A DNA stretch of 64,000 nucleotides from Clostridiales bacterium. Its GTDB lineage: Bacteria > Bacillota > Clostridia > Oscillospirales > CAG-272. The DNA lies in the NCBI GenBank assembly GCA_016282315.1, contig JAEEKG010000108.1, positions 5,535 through 69,534 on the forward strand, given 5' to 3'. The translations under genes were made by a program, and so were the position numbers. Below, piece after piece: positions 1-8,357 of this stretch; within the stretch, counting starts at the first letter, position 1, and each line of letters opens with the position of its first letter. Under the pieces are notes generated by a model, which worked only from the letters and a program-made list of their open reading frames with translations, was not told the DNA's origin and made no database searches.

Positions 1-2
1 AT

Positions 3-116
3 GCCTGGAAGACAGGCGCAAGCGGATTTATGCTGAAACCCATCACCGCAGCCGGAGTACGGGAACAACTTGAAAAACTGCGTTATCCGTTCTGGACTGG
101 AGGCAACAACGCGTGA
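3..116 (+). CDS. Response-regulator receiver domain, extreme C-terminus only (5' part outside the window)
   Basis: Frame 3 from the window edge reads AWKTGASGFMLKPITAAGVREQLEKLRYPFWTGGNNA-stop. GA.GF.LKPI plus a helix is the beta5/alpha5 end of a CheY-like receiver. Its TGA (114-116) overlaps the GTG (113-115) of the next ORF. Confidence 0.55.
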   Translation, partial: AWKTGASGFMLKPITAAGVREQLEKLRYPFWTGGNNA

Positions 117-1387
117 GCTGGCAAGTTATCGTTTATTACACAATCGCGGGATCCGTTCTGATGACGATGGCGTTCGGAATTGTGCTTTCTTTGCTGATTC
201 CTTCACTCGACAGATGGAGCAAACGATTCTTTATCACCTTGTTCTCCCTGCTTTTTCTGTGCGTCATCACTGCTTTTTTGTCTTTGATTTATATCGATGA
301 TCCAACAAAAGCGACAGTAGAAAAAATACTCTATTTTTTCAATTCCCTACTACTGTCAGTACCGTTCTTTATGCCCACGCTCTTCCTTTTGCACTGCGCG
401 CATGAAAAAATCAACGGGCTCGGTCTGTTGGCGTCTGTGCTGACCATGCTGTCTTTGTACGTGGTTATGCTGATCGTCTCGCAGTTTACAAATATATTCT
501 ATTACGTGACACCTGACAATCAGTTTTTCTACGGTCCTTTGTATGCACTGACCCTCATACCGATAACTTTCAGTCTGATTTTCAATATCACGGCCACAAT
601 CAGACTTCGCAAAAAATTTTCCAGAAAGTATTTCATCGGATTGATGGCCTATTTGGTGCCGATGACTGTCACGACAGTCGTCCACATGTTTTTCCAGATT
701 GAAATCATTCTTGTATTCTGCGTAACGTTGTTTGCACTCATCATGTTCATCTTAATCCTCTCGGATAATGTGGAACAATACGCGCGCCAGCAAAGGGAGA
801 TCGCCAGCCAGCGCGCCAACATTATGGTGCTGCAAATGCGCCCGCATTTCATTTACAATTCTTTGATGGGCATCTACTATCTTTTCGATCAGAATTCGGA
901 AAAAGCCAAGCAGGTCACATTGGACTTTATTACCTATCTCAGAAAAAGTTTCGCCGCAATCGCAAGCGAAGAAGTCATTCTCTTCAGTGAAGAATTGGAA
1001 CACACCCGCGCGTACCTTTCCATTGAACAGGCTCAATTTGAAGAGACTCTGTTCGTTCTGTTCGACACGCCTCATACTTCCTTCCGAATACCGCCTCTGA
1101 CTTTACAGCCGATTGTGGAAAACGCAGTCGTTCACGGATTGAGAGGAAGCAACGAACCGATTCATATTTCAATCGTAACAAGACAGACGGAAACGGCAAA
1201 CGAGATTATCGTTGAGGATGATGGTCCGGGAATTCAATCCGAGCCCAACAATGAGCCGCATATCGCTTTGAGTAACATCCGCGGCAGACTGAGTATGATG
1301 TGCGGCGGCACTCTCACCATCTCCCCACGCGAAGGGGGCGGGACCTCAGTGAAAGTAAGCATACCGATTGCAAAAGCGAAAGGATAA
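113..1387 (+). CDS. Membrane sensor histidine kinase, LytS/YesM-type (His_kinase + GHKL ATPase)
   Basis: 424-aa ORF with multiple N-terminal hydrophobic segments. These are followed by MRPHFIYNSL...YLRKSF (LytS-type phosphoacceptor block) and the ATPase motifs LQPIVENAVVHGL, VEDDGPGI and GGTSV. GTGA coupling to the upstream receiver ORF. Confidence 0.85.
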   Translation: MSWQVIVYYTIAGSVLMTMAFGIVLSLLIPSLDRWSKRFFITLFSLLFLCVITAFLSLIYIDDPTKATVEKILYFFNSLLLSVPFFMPTLFLLHCAHEKINGLGLLASVLTMLSLYVVMLIVSQFTNIFYYVTPDNQFFYGPLYALTLIPITFSLIFNITATIRLRKKFSRKYFIGLMAYLVPMTVTTVVHMFFQIEIILVFCVTLFALIMFILILSDNVEQYARQQREIASQRANIMVLQMRPHFIYNSLMGIYYLFDQNSEKAKQVTLDFITYLRKSFAAIASEEVILFSEELEHTRAYLSIEQAQFEETLFVLFDTPHTSFRIPPLTLQPIVENAVVHGLRGSNEPIHISIVTRQTETANEIIVEDDGPGIQSEPNNEPHIALSNIRGRLSMMCGGTLTISPREGGGTSVKVSIPIAKAKG

Positions 1388-1558
1388 CCTCTCCCTTCTT
1401 CCGTCTTCGCGGCAATCCATACGCAATCACCGTCGTAATGCCATTACTTCATCAATAAAATGATGAGACGACCGATCATAAGCGTTTTTTTATGATTGCC
1501 TGGAACACCCGAGACTTCAATTCACTCGTACGTTTTCTGCAGTTTTTTTGTATATAAT

Positions 1559-1595
1559 AATTCCCCCGTTTTTCACATCAAAAAGCGGGGGAATT
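1559..1595. terminator. Stem-loop between convergent operons (probable terminator)
   Basis: aattcccccg(t)tttt / aaaaagcgggggaatt arms around a cacatc loop. It sits 17 nt beyond the stop of the minus-strand kinase gene. Confidence 0.55.
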
Positions 1596-1611
1596 ATTAT
1601 ACACATCGGAT

Positions 1612-2019
1612 TTACAAATTCTTTATCAGAGTAAGTATATTTTTACCATCTTTATACTCATACTTTATGTCATCCATGCTGTTCTTGACCATGAAAATGC
1701 CCAAGCCACCTTTTTTGCGATCCTTTGCCGCAAGAGTTACGTCAGGATCAGGCTTTGCGAGGGGATCGTACTGCTTTCCGCGGTCAATAAAAGTGATTTC
1801 AGCTGATGTTGGGTTTTCATTAATATGCACCTGAATCGTCGCAGGTCCACTCTTGCCACCATATGCATAACTTGCTATGTTTACAAACAATTCTTCAACT
1901 GCTACATCTATTGCGATCTGCGTAGCCATCGGACAGTCTGCAGCCTCTAGTTCTCTATCTATGAATGACTGAACTTGCAAAAGATTTTCTCTATTCGCTT
2001 CAACTGTAATACCCTTCAC
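1612..2019 (-). CDS. RsbW/SpoIIAB-like anti-sigma-type serine kinase (HATPase_c_2)
   Basis: 135 aa. N-box EELFVNIASYA, G1 FIDRGKQYDP, G2 KKGGLGIFMV. The GTG start overlaps the PP2C stop (GTGA). Confidence 0.8.
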   Translation of the reverse strand: MKGITVEANRENLLQVQSFIDRELEAADCPMATQIAIDVAVEELFVNIASYAYGGKSGPATIQVHINENPTSAEITFIDRGKQYDPLAKPDPDVTLAAKDRKKGGLGIFMVKNSMDDIKYEYKDGKNILTLIKNL

Positions 2020-3551
2020 CGGTGTTCCTCCATGGTGTAATTCTCTATCGGGCCATTATACCGAAGGCCAAGCATCGTCAAATCGTCAAACTGCGGCGCT
2101 TCTTTCACAAAGGCGTCCACTGCAGCACGTACTCCCAAAAGCACATCTTTCTGCGCACTTCCAGATGGAATGGAATTGAGTGCTTCCAGGGTGCGTTCCG
2201 TACCAAAAAGCTGATTGGTTGCGTTTGTCGCTTCGGCAACGCCATCGGTATAAACGAAAAGACTATCTCCCTTTTTGAGTTGTATCTCAGTGTCCGTGTA
2301 CTTCGAAAGAGATAATGCACCTATCGCCAGGCCATGCTTATCTTTAAAGAGTTCGTATTTCCCGTTTACGTTGATAATCGGATATTCGTGTCCTGCGCTT
2401 GAAGTAGTGAGTTTGCCCGTGCTGATTTCAAGGATGCCAAGCCACACAGTAACGAACATGTGGGCTTTGTTATTGGCGCAGACCAACTTGTTTACTCTCT
2501 CAAGAATCTCTGCCGGTGTGCCGCCCATTGTGGCGTGGTCGTTTATATAGATTTTAGATGACATCATAAACAACGCAGCCGGAACGCCCTTGCCTGAAAC
2601 ATCCGCTATGACAAGCGCAAGATGATCGTCATCAATCATAAAGAAATCATAGAAATCTCCTCCGACTTCTTTTGCCGGGTCCATTGATGCGTGAATATCA
2701 AATTCCGTGCGTTCTGGAAATGCGGGAAATGTTGACGGGAGCATACTTGTTTGTATCTGTGTAGCCATATTCAGCTCCGTTTCGGTAGCAGCGAGCTTGT
2801 TGCTTTTAAAGTTGAATATGACACAGTACATGATGACAAGAGACATCAGAACTATACCATATTGGCTGGCTTCACCGAAACTGCCTCCGATTATCGCGTA
2901 TTCGATAAGCGGTAAGAATATGAACGTCAGTACAGCTACCTTTTGACTGAAAGGGTTATGGGACATAAACACCAATATAGTCGTAAAAATTGAAGTTATT
3001 GCAAGAAATACCTCTTCAATATAGTATAAAGATGCATTTTGATACATGCCCTCGGAGGTAACTTCATAAGTGACCGGATATATAATATTCGACAACAGTA
3101 TAAGCGTTTGAATCACGAGCAGAACCGGTAGAATTCTTTCTACTATTTTTGCAAATTTTCCCTCAAAGTTGAGCGTTTCTCTTACATACAGATAAAAGAG
3201 AAAGATCATTGCAAGGTCAATTAGTTTGCTTAACATGCATATAATGAAGAATACTATTCTATAATCCGGCAGATATGATGTTAGGATCATAACCTCATTT
3301 ACCATAAAGCAGGAGCAGACTAGTAATATCAGTATTCTGAATGTTCTTGAGCCTTCGCCCTTTTGCTTAAAACAGCCGTAGTACAGCGCGGCGCATACAA
3401 GTGCTCCGAGCGAATCTATTCCCACATTATACTGAAATGGCAAGAGTCTGGCCTCATAGAAAAAAAAGGTACTCATTCCTATGTTGAAAAGCGCCAACGC
3501 GATAGTATAAATCATACCGTATGTTTTTATGTCTTTAAGTTTTTTTAGCAT
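2016..3551 (-). CDS. Membrane-anchored SpoIIE/RsbU-type PP2C serine phosphatase (paralogue 1)
   Basis: 511 aa. About 8 N-terminal TM segments, then the PP2C block GGDFYDFF...IADVSGKGVPAALFM...VYTDGVAEA...QFDDLTML. RBS GGAGA 6 nt before the ATG. Confidence 0.85.
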   Translation of the reverse strand: MLKKLKDIKTYGMIYTIALALFNIGMSTFFFYEARLLPFQYNVGIDSLGALVCAALYYGCFKQKGEGSRTFRILILLVCSCFMVNEVMILTSYLPDYRIVFFIICMLSKLIDLAMIFLFYLYVRETLNFEGKFAKIVERILPVLLVIQTLILLSNIIYPVTYEVTSEGMYQNASLYYIEEVFLAITSIFTTILVFMSHNPFSQKVAVLTFIFLPLIEYAIIGGSFGEASQYGIVLMSLVIMYCVIFNFKSNKLAATETELNMATQIQTSMLPSTFPAFPERTEFDIHASMDPAKEVGGDFYDFFMIDDDHLALVIADVSGKGVPAALFMMSSKIYINDHATMGGTPAEILERVNKLVCANNKAHMFVTVWLGILEISTGKLTTSSAGHEYPIINVNGKYELFKDKHGLAIGALSLSKYTDTEIQLKKGDSLFVYTDGVAEATNATNQLFGTERTLEALNSIPSGSAQKDVLLGVRAAVDAFVKEAPQFDDLTMLGLRYNGPIENYTMEEHR

Positions 3552-3599
3552 AGTATTTCTCCGTAATAATGATACCGCCCCATTATATGGGGCAATATC

Positions 3600-3956
3600 T
3601 TATTCTATTGTAAACAGACGGCTGAAACCGGTAAGATCAAATACTTCCCTCACCGCCTGACTTAGATTGCGGACAACCATCTCGCCTTTGCCCTCCATCT
3701 GCTGAACAGCTCCGAGTAGGACACGAAGTCCTGCGCTGGATATGTATACGAGACTTTCGAGGTCTATTATAAGTTTATTGGCATTATCGACAACTTCGTT
3801 TATCTTTGCTTCAAGCTCGGGAGAAGTGTTTGTGTCAAGTCTGCCTTCAAGATTAAAAGTGTATTCATTTCCATTGTTTAATACAGTAATCTTCAACAGA
3901 TTTGAGCCACTTGAATTATTATCTGTTTTTTTATCTTTTTTGCTGAACAATCCCAT
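3600..3956 (-). CDS. STAS-domain anti-anti-sigma factor homologue (RsbV/SpoIIAA-like)
   Basis: 118 aa. LVYISSAGLRVLL contains the conserved phosphorylatable Ser context. It has a Lys/Ser/Asn-rich ~20-aa N-terminal extension. Confidence 0.8.
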   Translation of the reverse strand: MGLFSKKDKKTDNNSSGSNLLKITVLNNGNEYTFNLEGRLDTNTSPELEAKINEVVDNANKLIIDLESLVYISSAGLRVLLGAVQQMEGKGEMVVRNLSQAVREVFDLTGFSRLFTIE

Positions 3957-4037
3957 TTTTTAATCCTCCTAGAATTTGGGCTGGTATGCTTTTTATTAGT
4001 GGGAAATGATCCCGTATGCATACCATATTTTCGGCCA

Positions 4038-4225
4038 TTACGCCATTGTATGATTTAAATACTTTAACCTGTAAGCAACCGGACTCAAATAGCCCAGACT
4101 GCTATGCAGATGCTTTCTGTTGTAAAAGATCTCAACATAATAGAAGATATCCTTTTCAACCATCTCAATTATAGCATATTCTTTTTGATAAATATACTCT
4201 TTTTTCATCAGAAAACCATAAAAAA
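4038..4225 (-). pseudogene. IS3-family transposase (OrfB/rve) C-terminal remnant
   Basis: The minus-strand frame reads (stop)KIQFFYGFLMKKEYIYQKEYAIIEMVEKDIFYYVEIFYNRKHLHSSLGYLSPVAYRLKYLNHTMA-stop. This matches the family C-terminal pattern FF..LK.E....YIE.FYNR.R.HS.LGY.SP. An in-frame stop lies directly upstream and no DDE core is present. Confidence 0.6.
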
Positions 4226-4240
4226 ACTGTATCTTTCAAT

Positions 4241-4284
4241 TAACAAAAATGGACATAAAGACTTGTAAAAATCCCATGTCCATT
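4241..4284 (-). terminator. Rho-independent terminator of the lipoprotein gene
   Basis: On the minus strand, a 9-bp stem aatggacat / atgtccatt is followed by TTTTTGTT. Confidence 0.6.
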
Positions 4285-4457
4285 CTTATCATTTTGTTAT
4301 TTTGGATAATACGCTATCCCATTGATGTTGAGCTTACTTTATTCTGAAAACCCTGACATGATCAACAAGAAAAGTGTCACCTGACTCAGCTGCCTCAAAG
4401 GCTTCATTCATTGGGCGGTGATTCTTTACTTCGTATTCCTTCATAACTCTATTGCAA

Positions 4458-6551
4458 TCAGCTCTTTGGTTTGAAGTATTCAGCCAATCTTTCTGCAACC
4501 TTTTCTATATCATAGAAATTGAATGTCATCGGCAATTTTGGGGATGCTCCTCCTTCGTCGCCTACGAACACTTTTGTATTTTCATCATATGATCCGATAT
4601 GGAAGTTAGAAGAATGATTCATTCCGTTGCCGAATGGGAAAACAATGCTGTCAACTGTACATTCTCCGCCGCCTGATTTATATCCTGCAATTGTAGCAAG
4701 TTCGAGCCACTGTGCATAATATGGGAATGCGTTGCCGCATGAGAATGAATAAGGAGTTGTTATAATGACAAATCTGAAGTGTTGACCAAAACAGTCCTTG
4801 TCATCATATTGTCCGTCATTGTTGATATCTACACTGTATTCGTATTTGTATACCAATCCACTGTTGTCGTTTTTAAAATATAATTTTGCATAGTTGTTTT
4901 TTGAGAGTAATGCCAATAATTTGCCCATTACCGCAACATATCCGCCGCCGTTCAAGGAGTCATCAATTACGACTGTTTCAACGGTTCCCTTTTCTGCGCC
5001 TTCAGCTCTCTTGTAATCTCTGATTTCATTCAAGTTTTTGACAAACATTTTGAAAGTGTCAACACCCAACTGATTTTCAGAAAGTTCACCCTCTTCAAAA
5101 TACTTTCCAACTTGAAATTCGTCAAAGGAAAAATATGCAACTTTTCCATCTTGACTGTATCTGACAGTGTTAGGTTTTGTACCTTCTCCATTTTTATCAA
5201 GTTCAGCTTGTCTCAATGAATTGAGCATTTGATTTGTAACAATTCTGTCTCCCAAAAGAGTTTGAGCATATCTGGTTCCAAACATACCCAAGTTTTCTCC
5301 AAGGTACACTGAAGCAGTGTAACCAGTATGCATATCATTTAGCAATGACATTAATATTGCATATGCAGCGCCGCGTTCTTCCGGAGATTTTGCCAGGAAT
5401 TTGTCTGCATAAACTGTGTTGTTTATGTATTCCCTCATATTCTTATATCCGAGAACACTTGCAAGACCATAGTAATTATCCATTACATACAAAACAAGGT
5501 TTTTCGAATATTCAAGCATATATTTTGGTGGGTTGTATATTCTCACATTATCCACGGTTTCTGTATATTGTTCCATGGATTTTGTCATCATTTTTTTAGG
5601 AGTAGCAACTACGCCATACGTTTCACCAAATGTAAATGAAGAATCAACTTGTTCATCTTCTTGGTATTCAATGATAAGATTTTCAAATGATGAGTAACAG
5701 AATTTGCGCTGAATATCATGCTGAACATGAACGCTGAGCAGTCCGAGAGATAAATAATAGTTGCCTTCATACTCAACAGCATCCAAGTCGTAATCTGCAA
5801 ATGAATATACGGCAGGCTTTCCAGCATTTTCAACTTCTGTTACAGTTAATTTTACATTTTCCAGCAGTGTTGTTTTTAAACTGAAAGATTTTATGACTTC
5901 TTCCGGGTTACCCCAGCTTGATATCGTCTTCTTATCAAAATCAACACTGAATCTGTATACTTCTTTTCCATCTTTATCCTTCAGAGTCCAAGTCGAAACA
6001 GATCCGGATTTAGTAACTTCACTTGAGCACTGTTCTACAATATCACTTTTATGCATTGCTGCAAAAGTATCCACTGTTGCATAAAGAATCTCTTTTTCAC
6101 CATCTGCAACAATGAAGGAATAATCATCAACTTTAAGATTGCTCAATGGTTTTTCTTCATCGTAATAACGACTATCATTGGAATCATAAGGAAGTGATGA
6201 AATGTTGTAAAGAGGTACCGTTATGGATTTCCATGTTTTTTTATCAGGTTCCTTTTCATCACCTTTTTTTGAACTTATTCCTGTATCTACTCCGTTAATG
6301 AAAAAGTTGCCATTTTCACCTATAGTTATTTTGTCTCCGCTCTCTTCCTGAGACTTTGAAACTATAGTTGAAGTAGAACCGTCTTCAAATGTGACAATGT
6401 ATGTGGTTGAACCATTTTGAGTTGATTCAATCTTGATATCTGTTACTTTTAGTTTTTCAACTACTTTTGCTGAGCAAGAGCTGATTATTGTAAACAGCAT
6501 TGCTATCAAAAGGACGAGTGAAATCACTTTAACAAATTGATTCTTTTTCAT
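4458..6551 (-). CDS. Lipoprotein with C-terminal S41 (tail-specific protease)-like domain
   Basis: 697 aa. Signal peptide plus lipobox IISSC. The C-terminal region VVIDDSLNGGGYV...ITTPYSFSCGNAF resembles the S41 D.R.N.GG and S.SA.E blocks. The N-terminal 450 aa are not recognisable. Confidence 0.45.
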   Translation of the reverse strand: MKKNQFVKVISLVLLIAMLFTIISSCSAKVVEKLKVTDIKIESTQNGSTTYIVTFEDGSTSTIVSKSQEESGDKITIGENGNFFINGVDTGISSKKGDEKEPDKKTWKSITVPLYNISSLPYDSNDSRYYDEEKPLSNLKVDDYSFIVADGEKEILYATVDTFAAMHKSDIVEQCSSEVTKSGSVSTWTLKDKDGKEVYRFSVDFDKKTISSWGNPEEVIKSFSLKTTLLENVKLTVTEVENAGKPAVYSFADYDLDAVEYEGNYYLSLGLLSVHVQHDIQRKFCYSSFENLIIEYQEDEQVDSSFTFGETYGVVATPKKMMTKSMEQYTETVDNVRIYNPPKYMLEYSKNLVLYVMDNYYGLASVLGYKNMREYINNTVYADKFLAKSPEERGAAYAILMSLLNDMHTGYTASVYLGENLGMFGTRYAQTLLGDRIVTNQMLNSLRQAELDKNGEGTKPNTVRYSQDGKVAYFSFDEFQVGKYFEEGELSENQLGVDTFKMFVKNLNEIRDYKRAEGAEKGTVETVVIDDSLNGGGYVAVMGKLLALLSKNNYAKLYFKNDNSGLVYKYEYSVDINNDGQYDDKDCFGQHFRFVIITTPYSFSCGNAFPYYAQWLELATIAGYKSGGGECTVDSIVFPFGNGMNHSSNFHIGSYDENTKVFVGDEGGASPKLPMTFNFYDIEKVAERLAEYFKPKS

Positions 6552-6646
6552 TTTTCCCCCCCATTTTTTGCTAAATTCTAGTCATTTTATTATATCATGA
6601 ATTTTGGCATTGCGCGAATTCTCTTTAATTGCAAAAGCCAGCGCTG

Positions 6647-7462
6647 TCAAGTGTAACTGATTCCAAGTTCTTTCAGCAGATTAATCAAAGCTTTATAAGC
6701 GATGCAGAATAGTTCTTCTCCCGAAAAGCCCCTCATGCTTCCTGCCAACACAAGGTGCGGCTCAAGCGTGATGAACATTTTTTCGTGATATCTCAAAAAG
6801 TCCAGTACTTCTCTCACCTGACCATCGCCTTTTCCAGCCGGTACTATCTCGCCGCCAGAAACCGAGTCTTTTACGTGAATATATTCAATATATTTGTGAA
6901 CTTTTTTGAGTGACTCAAATGGGTGCTCGCCTGCTATTACATAGTTTGAAGGATCTAAAACGGCTCTGAAATAATCATCGTGCATTGTGTCGAGAATATC
7001 TTTGCATCTATCGCTGAATTGCCCATATATATCTGCTTCGTTTTCATGACAGAGTATTATGCCGTTTCTCTTTGCTATTCCGAGCATTATTTCAAGTCTG
7101 TTCATCACTTTTTCACGTATTTCGTCAAGTGTTTTTCCTTCGTGATAAAATGAGAATATTCTTATGTACTTTGCTCCGAATACTTTAGCCAGTTCAATTG
7201 CTCTATATAACTTGTCAAGATATGTTTCAAATTCGCAATCAATATCTACTTTACCTAACGGAGAGCCAATTGATGAGACAGATATTCCGTTTTCATCAAA
7301 AAGGCTTTTAACCTTATTTACTTCTTCATCAGATAAATCCAATACATTTTTGTCCCACACAGAACGCAATTCGACATATTTGATTCCGAGTGATTTCACC
7401 ACCCTTATTTGTTCATTAATGTCCGGAGATATTTCATCCGCAAAGCAACTTATTCTATACAT
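6647..7462 (-). CDS. Sugar phosphate isomerase/epimerase (xylose-isomerase-like TIM barrel)
   Basis: Motifs CHENE, LDPSNY, HVKD, GKGDG, LEPH. ATG at 7462 preceded by AAGGGA. The track start at 7480 is a TTG without an RBS. Confidence 0.75.
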   Translation of the reverse strand: MYRISCFADEISPDINEQIRVVKSLGIKYVELRSVWDKNVLDLSDEEVNKVKSLFDENGISVSSIGSPLGKVDIDCEFETYLDKLYRAIELAKVFGAKYIRIFSFYHEGKTLDEIREKVMNRLEIMLGIAKRNGIILCHENEADIYGQFSDRCKDILDTMHDDYFRAVLDPSNYVIAGEHPFESLKKVHKYIEYIHVKDSVSGGEIVPAGKGDGQVREVLDFLRYHEKMFITLEPHLVLAGSMRGFSGEELFCIAYKALINLLKELGISYT

Positions 7463-7489
7463 TGCTTTTCCCTTTCTCAACTGTAATTC

Positions 7490-8266
7490 TCAATCGCACA
7501 ACATCGGAAGACTTGTCCGAGCGTAATCGATACTGCGCTTTATCTCTGCCAATGTGTCCGGATAATCTGCAGCATTTTCTTCTTCAACCAAAAAGTATTT
7601 GCTTCCGCATTCTTTCAAGACAGATATGATGCTTTTTAAGTCTAAATTGCCGTCACCCAAGGCGGCTGAACGAGGTTCAAATTTTCCGTTTTCATAAGCT
7701 ATAAGGTAATCTTTTATGTGGACGCAATCAATTCTGCCTTTCATTTTTCTTATAAGAGATAATACATCTGCTCCACCATTTTGAGCCCAATAAATGTCCA
7801 AAGTAAAATTGACATGAGGTGCATTAATGAAAATGTATTCAAGAACTGTTTTGTCGCCGTGTCTGAAAAAATCCACATGGTGGTTGTGGTAGCACAATGA
7901 AAATCCGTTCTTACTCATTTTTTCACCGGCAATTTCGAGTTTGTCCACTACACTTTTAAACTCATCTTCAACGACGATTTTTGACCATGGAATCGTGCTC
8001 AGCCCTATGTTTTTGCATCCAAAATAAGCATGTTCTTCCATAAGATTATCTGTGTCATCAAGAATTCTTTCGATCGGAACATGTGTCAGGGCGAAAGGAA
8101 TATTTGCTTTTTCGCTGGCTTCCTTTATGGCTTTCGCATTGAATGGAGCACCTGAATATTGAAGATACTCATATCCCATTTCCTTCAGTGCCATTGATGT
8201 TTTTATAAGATCTTCATCGGTTTTAATTAAATTTCTTACCGAGTAGAGATTAAGACCAAGATTCAT
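7490..8266 (-). CDS. Sugar phosphate isomerase/epimerase (xylose-isomerase-like TIM barrel)
   Basis: Motifs YHNHHVDF, LDIYW, VHIKDY, GDGNLD, LVEEE. Confidence 0.75.
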   Translation of the reverse strand: MNLGLNLYSVRNLIKTDEDLIKTSMALKEMGYEYLQYSGAPFNAKAIKEASEKANIPFALTHVPIERILDDTDNLMEEHAYFGCKNIGLSTIPWSKIVVEDEFKSVVDKLEIAGEKMSKNGFSLCYHNHHVDFFRHGDKTVLEYIFINAPHVNFTLDIYWAQNGGADVLSLIRKMKGRIDCVHIKDYLIAYENGKFEPRSAALGDGNLDLKSIISVLKECGSKYFLVEEENAADYPDTLAEIKRSIDYARTSLPMLCD

Positions 8267-8321
8267 AATCCATTCCCCAAAAACTGTATTTGTCTAGCAC
8301 GAATGTGACTTTGCTTTTTTC

Positions 8322-8353
8322 TTTAAAAAAGCAACCCTTCTGAGTTGCTTTTT
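8322..8353 (-). terminator. Rho-independent terminator after PP2C paralogue 2
   Basis: Stem aaaagcaac / gttgctttt. On the minus strand it is followed by TTTTTTAAAG, 5 nt after the stop. Confidence 0.6.
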
Positions 8354-8357
8354 CCTG

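Noticed and set aside
356-1199. Several 67-109-aa minus-strand ORFs inside the histidine kinase gene
   Set aside because: They are antisense shadow ORFs within a well-supported plus-strand CDS. They have no RBS and no recognisable motifs.
3552-3599. Short hairpin (cccca/tgggg) between the STAS and PP2C genes as an attenuator
   Set aside because: It is only 5 bp with no U-tract, which is not distinguishable from chance.
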